DNA of 55,591 bases from a virus (Duplodnaviria > Caudoviricetes). The stretch is from IMG/VR virus record IMGVR_UViG_3300025168_000106, positions 1 through 55,591 of that record; one strand, written 5' to 3'. The first letter of the stretch is position 1; the number at the start of each line of letters is the position of its first letter. Below are positions 20,361-30,600 of the stretch, piece by piece. A program made the translations under genes and the position numbers. The notes beneath the pieces are model-generated. The model was not told the DNA's origin, made no database searches, and worked only from the letters and a program-made list of their open reading frames with translations.

Positions 20361-21185
20361 ATGTCAGTAACTAAAACCAACTATACTCTAACTTTTAGTC
20401 CTCCCGCACAAGGGTGGCCTTCTTTCTATTCCTTTGTCCCTGAGTGGATGCAGGGCATGAATCAATACTTCTATTCTTTTTCAGGAGGCAATCTATGGAG
20501 ACATAACACTAACGAGACAAGGAATAATTACTATGGGGCTCAATACAATGCTACCCTACAAAGTGTTTTCAACCAAGAGCCTGTAGTAAATAAACTCTTT
20601 AAGACCTTATCTTTAGAAGGAGACCACGCTTGGGCCGCTACTTTTGTTAGCGAGCTGCAGACTACAGGATTTATTGATTCAGATTACTTTGTAGAAAAAG
20701 AATCTGATTGGTTTGCTTTTCTGAGAAACCAAGGTACTACACCTGCTTCTCCTGCACAAGAGTTTCCCCTTCGCTCGGCTAATGGTATCGGGAATAGCGT
20801 AACTGCTGTACAATCACCTGCAACGGTTGTCACCTTTTCTTTCCCTTTAACTCGACCTATTGGAAGTATCCCTAGTATAGGAGATAGCATCTACTATGGT
20901 GTCCCTGTTGCATTCCCGGCTGTCCTTGCTCCTGTATACTTAGGGCAAATTACATCTATCAATGTTGATATTCCAAATTCAATAAACACTATAGTAGTAC
21001 AGCAAGAGGTTGGTGTGGGAGTTATCCCTACCGCACAAGTAAACTACGTCATGTCTCTTAAGAACCTTGTAGCGGAGTCTCATGGTATCCTTGGGCACTA
21101 TGGTGTGTTCACTCTTACTAACATAGATACAGAGGCTGTAGAGTTATTTGCAGTTAAGTCTGAGGTCATGAAATCTTATCCTTAA
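20361..21185 (+). CDS. Tail protein resembling the C-terminal part of nozzle proteins
   Basis: TLTFS...GWPSFYSFVPEWM...GNLWRHN...VFNQEP...KLFKTLSLEG motifs. Confidence 0.6.
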   Translation: MSVTKTNYTLTFSPPAQGWPSFYSFVPEWMQGMNQYFYSFSGGNLWRHNTNETRNNYYGAQYNATLQSVFNQEPVVNKLFKTLSLEGDHAWAATFVSELQTTGFIDSDYFVEKESDWFAFLRNQGTTPASPAQEFPLRSANGIGNSVTAVQSPATVVTFSFPLTRPIGSIPSIGDSIYYGVPVAFPAVLAPVYLGQITSINVDIPNSINTIVVQQEVGVGVIPTAQVNYVMSLKNLVAESHGILGHYGVFTLTNIDTEAVELFAVKSEVMKSYP

Positions 21186-21192
21186 AACACCG

Positions 21193-21200
21193 TATCTTTG
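21193..21200 (+). promoter_or_regulatory. -7 promoter element (TATCTTTG)
   Basis: TAnnTTTG 5 nt upstream of ATG 21206. Confidence 0.5.
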
Positions 21201-21205
21201 AATTT

Positions 21206-21745
21206 ATGAGTACCGTCCTCTCTCCTGCTATTGACTTTAAGCATCTCCTCAGCACTTCTCCTGTGGACTTACTTTCTCATGTGCACCAAAATAGGGGTTT
21301 GATATGGGAAGAGATAGATACGTTTTCTCAACAAATATCTTCTATGGAGGGAGCCGCTATTCATCACACTCAAGAGATGGAGGAATCTTTTCCTTTAACT
21401 CATCATTTAGATAATGGGCTTTATACTCGTGAAGTATTTATGCCTAAAGGTTCTTTGGTTGTAAGTTTTATACACAAACAAAACCATCCATCTTTTTTTA
21501 TGTCAGGAGAGATGTCTATCCTCTTAGATACAGGAGAGGTAAAAAGAATTAAAGCTCCAATGAAAGTCATGACAGAGATAGGTACTCAGAGAGTGGCTTA
21601 TATGCATGAAGACTGCACTTGGACATGTGTATACCGAACTGATGCCACGACTATTGAGGAGGCAGAGGAAGAGGTATATACAGTAGATTTCCGGGAGTTA
21701 CCGGAACATATAATATTAAATAAACTTTTACTATGTCAGGACTAA
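21206..21745 (+). CDS. Cupin-fold phage protein
   Basis: HHLDNGLYTREVFMPKGSLVVSFIHKQNHPSFFMSGEMSI beta-barrel pattern; precedes the ejection genes. Confidence 0.65.
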   Translation: MSTVLSPAIDFKHLLSTSPVDLLSHVHQNRGLIWEEIDTFSQQISSMEGAAIHHTQEMEESFPLTHHLDNGLYTREVFMPKGSLVVSFIHKQNHPSFFMSGEMSILLDTGEVKRIKAPMKVMTEIGTQRVAYMHEDCTWTCVYRTDATTIEEAEEEVYTVDFRELPEHIILNKLLLCQD

Positions 21746-22575
21746 TAACAGGCATTGTCTCTTTAGGGATTACAGCTACTACTACAGGTATTTCTATGAG
21801 TCAGCAGAATAAAGCTAAAAAAGCACAGGGAAAAGCTGAAACAGCCGCAAGAGAGGCTATGGCAACGGCTCGTAAGCGTCTTGATGTAAACTATCAAGAG
21901 GCATCGTCTATAAATAAAGACCCATACACTATGGCTATAGAGGCTTCTTTACAGCAAGGGGCTAACGCTACTCAAGCGGCAAAAGAAACTCAAAGGGGAG
22001 CCGCTCAAGTAGGTAGGATTCAAGGTGCACAAAACCAAATGCTAGAGGGGCAGCGTGTGGCTTACGGTCAAGAGTTACAAGCGAGAGAGCAGCGTATACT
22101 TGATGAGGACAGTCGCTTAAGAGACATCAATACTCAGTTAGATATGGGAGAGATAGAAGGGGCACAGATGGCCGCAGCTGCTGAGGCAGATAATGCAGCT
22201 ATGGCAGGGCAAGATGTCGTAGCAGGATTGGGGAGTATGGCTCAACAGGCTGCAGGGATGGCTCCTTTGTATGCAAAGACAGGGTATAAATCTAAACAAG
22301 CCGCTTTTAATCAGACTGACGTAGCTAAAAAATCTGCTATGTTAGACGATGTTAATAAAGGACCTACAGTAGATTATTTAGGAAACCCTATAGACCAAAT
22401 TGCTAATCCATTTGCAGGAGTAGGAGCGATGGACAGGGGAGATTTTAGAAGATTTCAAAAAAACAATCCTTTGTTATGGGGTGGAGTAGCTTCTAGTAAA
22501 CAATATCAAAACGCTCTCTTTCCTCAAAACGCACTGCTAGAATCCCAAAGGTTGTTAGACCAAAACAAGAATTAA
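21733..22575 (+). CDS. Putative ejection (pilot) protein
   Basis: N-terminal Gly-rich hydrophobic segment followed by A/Q-rich helices. Confidence 0.6.
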   Translation: MSGLITGIVSLGITATTTGISMSQQNKAKKAQGKAETAAREAMATARKRLDVNYQEASSINKDPYTMAIEASLQQGANATQAAKETQRGAAQVGRIQGAQNQMLEGQRVAYGQELQAREQRILDEDSRLRDINTQLDMGEIEGAQMAAAAEADNAAMAGQDVVAGLGSMAQQAAGMAPLYAKTGYKSKQAAFNQTDVAKKSAMLDDVNKGPTVDYLGNPIDQIANPFAGVGAMDRGDFRRFQKNNPLLWGGVASSKQYQNALFPQNALLESQRLLDQNKN

Positions 22576-22578
22576 ACG

Positions 22579-24657
22579 ATGGCTAATACTTATTTTAAAT
22601 ACGCAGAACGTAACGCTGAGAACAGGATAAATTGGGCTGACGTAGGGAAGGATATGACAGATATGCTTGCCGATGAAGCGCGAGTACGTGGAGAGAAAAA
22701 GGCTGCTATAGAAACAGATTTTAGAGAGTTTGGGAAAACATTAGCCGAGTCTCCTATGGGAAAAAGTGAAGGCTTTAATGAGTTCACCACTGACTTTTCT
22801 GATAGTGCTCAAGAGTATTCTTTGATGGTAAATAATATGCTTAAATCAGGAGATTTAAAACTGAGAGACTATAATAATATTCAAGCCAACTTAAAGCAAG
22901 GAACGTCTGAGGCATTTTCTATTGCCGAAGATTACAACAAAGCATACGAGGGTATGTTAGAGCGTGGAGAGATTGACCCTGCAACAGGTCTCCCTGCCGC
23001 TCAACTTTTAGAGCAGTATGTATTGGGTACAGTACAGGGTTTTGGAAACTACTCTAACCATCGCTTATGGATTAACCCTACTTCAGGACGGGTAAGTCTT
23101 GGGACTACACGCACTGATGAGGAAACGGGTGAGGTAACTATGGATAGGGATACCGGAAGTTTTATTGCTGTAAACGCTTTACGTAACCGTACACGAGCGC
23201 AGTACGATACATACGATTTGAATAAAATTAACGCTGCAAGGGTAGATACATTAGGAACGACTATTAATGCGGTTATGAGTGGTGGTGTAAAGACTAGAGA
23301 AAAAGCTTTAGAAAATGCTTCTGTGCGTCAAGTATTAGATGATTTTGCTGATGCTACTGTAGCTATACCTACTAACGTTAGCTCTATCCTTACTAACAGT
23401 TTAGGTACAAACCCTGCTAATGGACGTCTTTATGCTTTTACGGACAGCCCTGCAGACGCAGCAGCAGATGAGAACCTAATCCTCGTTATGGATAACCCTC
23501 TCCAAAAATCTGCGGGTTTACCTATGCCTGCATACTTGGATAGCCCTGAGGAACTTACAAAATATCTTAAGGAAAATTATACAGACCTTACTGCGGAACA
23601 GATAACACAGATTGTTGAGAACAATAAAAAGCAAGTAGACGTAGCTAGAGCTACAACAAAAACTTCTCTCGTAAGTATGCTAGACGATAAAGAGACTACT
23701 ATGCAAGAGTTTAACAATCAGGAGTATTATGGTGGTAAAGGTGAAAAGAGGAAGTCTGCAGCTGCGTCAGTAAAACGTATTGCCGATATCCATAACGGAA
23801 CTGAAAGTGAGTTTGATGCAGCTCTTCCATTTGTTCAAGGTCTTGACCCTAAAGTTAACAGAATATACATTAACCCTGACAACACTAATGAAGTTCTTAT
23901 AGATAGAATAGATAATGATGGTAATATAATTACCCTTGAGCCTTTCCTTAAGGGAGACAATACTGTAGATTTTGTAACAAGTATCTATACCACTCTTGGT
24001 CTTGATGAGAATCTTTTAGACCAAGCCCTTCTTGATTCAAAAATTTCTGAAAGGACCAATGCTGCGAGTACATTTGTAGGAGCAGCAGGAGACAGCCGGA
24101 CACGTAGTGTTATACAGATACCTAATTTTGACGACCCACTTCCCAATGATGAGAGTGACTATCCAAGGTTAGTATCTGACGTTCACAATGAAGCATTCGG
24201 AACGGACAAGAACGCTAAGGCGTACTCCAATGCGGAGCTTGAGTTCTTTTCTACAGTTGGTATTGAGAATGCCGAGATAAAGACACTAGAAGAAGATGAT
24301 ATTCAACAATATATTTCAGGTTCGAGAGCAATAGATTTTAATAACAACTCAGCCACTCAGCTCTTCATACCCGGTGTTATGACTATGCCTATCGTAATCC
24401 CTGATAACAACACCAAGGTAGAATTTGAAGCTATTAACCGCTTAATTCTTACTGCTAAAAGAAACGGAACTTTACTTACTCCGAATGATTTTGAAAATGT
24501 TTTTTCAGACTTTGAATACTACAATAACAAAGATATGGCAGACAAGGTACTAGGAATAGAGTGGAATAATGGAGATGGCCCTCAGCCCTTAACTGACGGA
24601 CAAGTAGATGCGGCTGTAACTGCACCTGTAACAACAGACACTTCATCATACAATTAA
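22579..24657 (+). CDS. Putative internal virion / ejection protein
   Basis: 692-aa acidic protein between the pilot gene and the giant virion protein gene. Confidence 0.55.
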   Translation: MANTYFKYAERNAENRINWADVGKDMTDMLADEARVRGEKKAAIETDFREFGKTLAESPMGKSEGFNEFTTDFSDSAQEYSLMVNNMLKSGDLKLRDYNNIQANLKQGTSEAFSIAEDYNKAYEGMLERGEIDPATGLPAAQLLEQYVLGTVQGFGNYSNHRLWINPTSGRVSLGTTRTDEETGEVTMDRDTGSFIAVNALRNRTRAQYDTYDLNKINAARVDTLGTTINAVMSGGVKTREKALENASVRQVLDDFADATVAIPTNVSSILTNSLGTNPANGRLYAFTDSPADAAADENLILVMDNPLQKSAGLPMPAYLDSPEELTKYLKENYTDLTAEQITQIVENNKKQVDVARATTKTSLVSMLDDKETTMQEFNNQEYYGGKGEKRKSAAASVKRIADIHNGTESEFDAALPFVQGLDPKVNRIYINPDNTNEVLIDRIDNDGNIITLEPFLKGDNTVDFVTSIYTTLGLDENLLDQALLDSKISERTNAASTFVGAAGDSRTRSVIQIPNFDDPLPNDESDYPRLVSDVHNEAFGTDKNAKAYSNAELEFFSTVGIENAEIKTLEEDDIQQYISGSRAIDFNNNSATQLFIPGVMTMPIVIPDNNTKVEFEAINRLILTAKRNGTLLTPNDFENVFSDFEYYNNKDMADKVLGIEWNNGDGPQPLTDGQVDAAVTAPVTTDTSSYN

Positions 24658-24662
24658 ATTAA

Positions 24663-27600
24663 ATGAACGAGCAAGCAATCAGAGATTCGTATGAGCTATT
24701 TAAGACAGGAGGATACTCTAAGTCTTATGAGGAGTTTGTAACTCTCATTAACTCTAACCCTCAAGCTCTTGAGGATTCGTATACTCTATTTCAAACAGGT
24801 GGATATACTAAGGGAATGGAGGAGTATGAGTTATTGATGGGAGTAAAAAAAAAAGACGAGCCTATGGAATCTACTTCGGAAGATGGTTCTTTGGACTTGT
24901 CCGAAGAAGCTCCTGAAGCTTTATTTCCAAGCCCGGAACAGCAGGCTGTTAAAGACGAAGAGGTTTTACAATCTATACAACAAGGTCTTGTAGATGACGA
25001 TGCAGGCCCTTTTGAAAGAGAGGCTGCTCAAGCTCCTATTACAGATGCAAGAGGTCAGCAATGGGATGGGGTACCATTCAATGAACAAGAGGCGAGGATA
25101 AAAAAGGAGAAGAGAAAAGTGGAGGATGCCTCTATGGTAGAGCGCGACTTGATGGAAAAAGAAGCTGAAGCCTTAGAGTTAGATAAGGAACGTGCAGTGG
25201 CTTTATCTACTCCTGAAGTAGACCGTCAATTAGCTGAGGTAAACTCACAACTTGTGGGGTTAGAGGAAGACGAAGTAGTGGAGAAATTGCAGAATTTATT
25301 CAAAGGAAGGGGTTTTACATTTGAGAAGATAGGTTTAGGGTTGGACAGAATGCGTGTAAGAACCACTGATGGATTACACTCTATAGATATAGAACTAGAT
25401 AACTTCTTAACTTCTACTGATGTAGCGGAATCTGCAGAGCTTCAGACTTTTTTACGTACACATTTTAACCCTACTCGCTTTAGCGAGAATCAGGATAGTA
25501 TAACCAAAGCTTTTCGAGCGCAAGAGATGCGCGATAGCGAAAGATGGAATGAAGATGGTACACGCTCCACAGTAAAGTTCATGTCCTATGAAGAGGATGG
25601 AGTTCATAAGGTAGCTCCCACCCTGTTCCCTAAGAGCACCGTACAGCGCTCTTCTCCTCGTGCAGAGGATTGGTTAGAGCTAGATATGGATGCGGCTATT
25701 GCTGAAGCTGAGAGACGCAATGAGGTATTTACATTCGACTCTCAAGAAGAGGCTGAGGCTTTTGCGGAAGGCTCTTGGAAGGGTGTAAACTCGGTAGACT
25801 TAGAAGGACAGAAATATTACAATCAATATGGGAGAGATTACATCTCTGACAGTCAGGCTTTCGATAACTATTCAAAGGCAAAAGAGACCCGACTGTTTCT
25901 TGAGGAGGAATTAGCAATTCAACAGAGCTCTTTCTTTGGTGACGAAGGACAGTACGGTGACCTTACCGCTAGTGAGCAGGAAGCTTACGGAGAGTATTTC
26001 AGAAAAGACGGAAGCCTGCGTGGTGATGCACAGGATATTATTAATTCTCTTGATGAAGAAGAAGCTAATCTTTGGAATATAATAGATAGCGAGAACTACA
26101 TGGAGGTGCAAGATAACTTTGACACCTACCTTGAAAAGCGACATCAAGCCTCGGCTCAACAGGCGGCTAATATAAACTATGAGGCTAAGGCTATTGAGGA
26201 TGGATTAAATAATGTATCCTTAAATGAGTTTGGTATTACCCTAGACCAACTTAGCACATACCAACCTAAAGATGAAGCTGAGAGAGTAAGGCTTAATGAA
26301 GTAATAGAGATTCAAAACGCCCTTGAAACAAAAAAAGAACTTGCCGCCCTTCAATATGAGACGGCTCTAACTTACTTTGACGCCAAGGCAAACAAGGAAA
26401 TTGGAGTAGAGTTTGTAGATAATCTTGAAGGATGGTGGGTAGCCGTTTCTGATGGTTTTGCAAACGGACAAGCAGGGGATGTTATCTTGAATGCAGCTAT
26501 GGGTATCTATGGGGATGAAGCAGAAGATATGAATAGGGCTGCACAAAAAATGACAGACTATATGAATAGCGTTGACGGAAGACAGTCGAGAGCTATGTCT
26601 AGATTTAACTCTGCAGAGGACGGGTTTGGTCGTGAAGTAAGAAGTGCTTTAAGGCGTGACCCTGCAGAGGTGATAGCTACGTGGGCCGGAGCTTCTTTGG
26701 CGCAGATACTCCCTTATGGATGGAAAATTATACCAAGCTTTATCGCCACAGGTGCAGCCACAGGTGCAACTATTGGTGCAACAGGTCTTGTTACAGGTCC
26801 CGGAGGTGTTTTAACTATGGGAGCAGGTGCTCTTAGTGGAGGAATGTATGGATTTCGTGCGGGATATGCAATGACTAACTTGGTGTTAGAGTATACCAAT
26901 GGTGTTCTCGATGCGGGAAGAGAGCTTAAGTATAATATGAATGACCCTGAAGAGGCAGGGTTAGCTCTTCAAGACCCTGATGTGTGGGAACGTGGTAGAG
27001 AGCGTGGATTAAAACGTGGTATCCCAATCGCTCTAATGGATTTCCTAATGACAGGTCTTGCCGGTAAGGTCTTCAAACCTATCGCTGTAGCAAGTAAAGG
27101 AAGAAAAATTGCAAACTATACAGCGGAAGCTTTAACACTTGCCCCGGCATTTGAGGGTGCGGGAGAGTTTCTTGCTCAATTAAATGTAGGGGACGAGGTT
27201 TCTATGAAAGAAATTATAGCGGAAGCAGGAGGGTCAATAGGTATGAGTACCCCTTTCTCTGCTGTTAATATATATAAATCTACTCGTGGAAATTATAATC
27301 AAAAGATAGCAGAGAATCTGATGAACATGAAGCTGATGGCTAGTGAGCGAGCTTCGGATAAACAGATTCAATCGTGGAGCAATAGGATGCTTAAGTTAGG
27401 GAAAATTACCACGGAACAAAACCAAAGGATATTAGAGAATATAGGTCTCAGAAAAGAGGCTCAGGAGATACTTGATATTACAGGGCCTTCTCGTTTAGGT
27501 ATAAATAAAAAAGTGCAGACTAGACTGATGGAGCTTTTAGATATCCGTGCAGGACTTGACGCTACCACTAACTCTAGGAGTATATTTAGCGAAGAGCTTG

Positions 27601-30600
27601 CTGCTGTTAATAAAGAGATTGCAGAGATAGGAAGAACTAATGAGTTATCGGAGTCCCCTGCAGAGAATATTAATTTTGATTTCGGTAAGATAGGTAAACG
27701 TACTACTGTGCCTAGCTACCGTATTGGGAATACTATGTATTCTAAGACACAGTTCCTAAGCTATATAGAAAAACTTTCTTTACGGAAAGCTCATAAACTT
27801 ATGAAGGATAGTGAGGTCGTTAATGACGAAGAAACCTCTATACTCCTTGACGAGAAATTACAACCCTTTGCCCCTGAGGAGGCAACACAAACTACAGAAG
27901 ATGCCATTCAAGAGTCAAGCCCAACGGAGGTGGATGTACAAGAACAATCCACAGATGGCGCAGCAGTGGGAGAAGGAGACGTCATCACAGAAACTACCGA
28001 AGAGATTACTCCCGAAGACGAAGTTACAGAAACGGAGGAGGTTGAAGAAGAAGCCATAGAGATAGTAGATAAAGGCACTAAAGAAGATGTTAAAGCCTTC
28101 CGAGAAGGAACGCTTGATGCTAAACGTAAAAAAGCTTTACTCGCAGGTATTGCTCAACGTATAAATGACAAAAAGAAGCTTACTAAATTTCAAGAGGAGG
28201 TAGGTAAAGATAATGATTTTGAGATTGCAGAACTGCAGGGGCAAATCATAGAGCAAGAGAAACTTATGTTAGAAGCTCGTGACTTAGAAGAGTCATTGGG
28301 ACCTGATACCTCTGTTAAAAAATCAAAGCCTGCCAAGATAGAAGGGAATATTAGTATAAACAAGGAAGGGAAGTATACCTTCACTCCCAAAGGTAAAGCA
28401 CAGCGAAATAAGGTCGTAGTAGCTGCTAGAAAAGCGGCTAAGGCTATAAAAAAGATTCTCCCTAAGACACGTATCTTACTCCACGAGAGTAACGAAGAGT
28501 TTTTAAAAGCTGTAGGCCGTGCGGGAAGAGCTGAATATCTACCTGCCGAAAACGTTATCCACGTAAATTTATCTTCAGCTACGGAAACCACCATGGCTCA
28601 TGAGGTTTTCCATGCTGTTTTTCTTAACTCAGTAAAGACAGATGCTCGTGCAGCTAAAGCCGCAGAGGTAATGATGCTATCGGTACGTAAAAGTCTTAAG
28701 GACGGTAGTGCGTTAGCAAAAAAGATTGATGCATTTGCTGCTAAGTATACAGGGAAACAAGCACAGTTCCAAAACGAAGAAAGGCTTGCTGAGTTGATTG
28801 GTATATTGGCGTCATCAAAAGACTACAAGCAACTATCTAAACCTGCTAAGAATGTAATTATAGAGTTCTTTAAAGACTTAGCTCTTAGATTTGGTATTGA
28901 GTTAGGGACGGACTTTGGTAAGACAGACGAGAGTGTAATAGACCTTATGAATACTATCGCGAGGAAGACTCGTGAGGGGAGGGAAATAGAAGAGTCTGAT
29001 GTGGAAGCTCTTAATGAGATACTACCTAAGGATTTAACTCCTGAGGAGTATATCAAGAAGCAGACAGAGGGAAGACAACAGAAGGTAATATCCGATGTCT
29101 TAGATGTAAATGAGCTAGAGGTGGTATCTAAAGGTGGCTCATCGAGAATCGTATATATGCACCCTGACGGGAAAAATGTTATTAAGGTTGCAAAAACTCC
29201 TAAGGGATTGGAGCAGAATATCGCTTTAGGATTTGGAGATGTAAACTATCTAGGTACTTTTGTACCTGAACTCGAAGAGCAGGGGTTAGATTATATTATT
29301 ATAGAGAACGTACCCCGTAATGATACGGAGGTTAATAAGTTCTTAAAGCCACTGAAAAAATTTACTGCTCAAGATTTCAAAAATAGAACGGCAGAACTTC
29401 AGGATGCCATGAGAGAGCTTGAGCTAGAAGGGTTTATGGATTATAATATCTTATGGAATGACTTTACCGCTACTAGGAATTGGGGTATGCGAGAGAATGG
29501 AGAGTTTGTATTGGTAGATGAGGGTGCTTTAGATGACAGCATCCACTTTACATCTGAGGTACAGGCGTGGTCTAAAGAGGAATGGGCCGAGGTGCTAAGT
29601 CGTAGACGAGAGAATAAGAAGAAGCCTGCTCCTCGTCAACAGATTATCGGAGAGAACGCTGAACTTTCCGCACAGGTAAGAGAGGATTTACAGTACGCTA
29701 AAATTGAGCATGAAGCTTACATGATGCAGAAGGAGGGTGTCCTTGACGCTCCTACAGAGAATATGATGAACCCCGCCGCTATTAAAGAGATAACAGGATG
29801 GGAGTTAGGGGCAGACGGGAAGTGGAAATATGAGATACAAGACGGAAGGTTGAAGGAGGTGAAGAACGGAACCTATAAACTTGGGGATATATACAATGCT
29901 CCTGAGTTCTACGAAGCATATCCCGAAGCAAAAGATATATCAGTAGCTATAGAGGTGAGGCCTCAGGGGAAAGAAAACTCTTGGTTTATGCCTGAAGATA
30001 ATAGTATTGAAATAAATGTAAAAGACCAACGTAGAGTTCTCCAAGATTTAGTCCACGAACTACAACATTTTGTTCAGTTCAAAGAAGGGTTTGCTATAGG
30101 GGGGAATGCGAATACCTTCTACCAAAACCCTGAGATAATAGAAAAATTAGAAAAGGAAGCGGGGAAAGAGGGATTAATTATAAAGAACGAAATGTTACGA
30201 GCTCTTTCTTTCACTATCGAAGAAGCTATGGATGAGCATGAGGGTGTGGCTTTAGATAAAATTATGACTAAAGAGTTTTTAGAGAAGAATATGGGCTTCT
30301 ATCTTGACACCTTTGATAATCTTGTTGAGCGAGAATTGATAGATAAGAATGCAGATTTCGCTCAGGCTTTAGAAGACTTCTATTTTGAGCTCCCTGAAAT
30401 GGACAGAAGAAAGCTTAAGATTGCACAGAGAGAAGGGGGGTTGGATGAGGCGTTAGATGCTTCGTCAGAGATATCTGTCCCTGTGAAAGAAGCTCTTTAT
30501 AAATTAAGTAATCACGCAATGTATGAGAGGCTTATGGGGGAGGTAGAAGCTCGTAACGTCACGAATAGATTATTTTCTTCTGCCGAAAGGAGAGCCCGAC

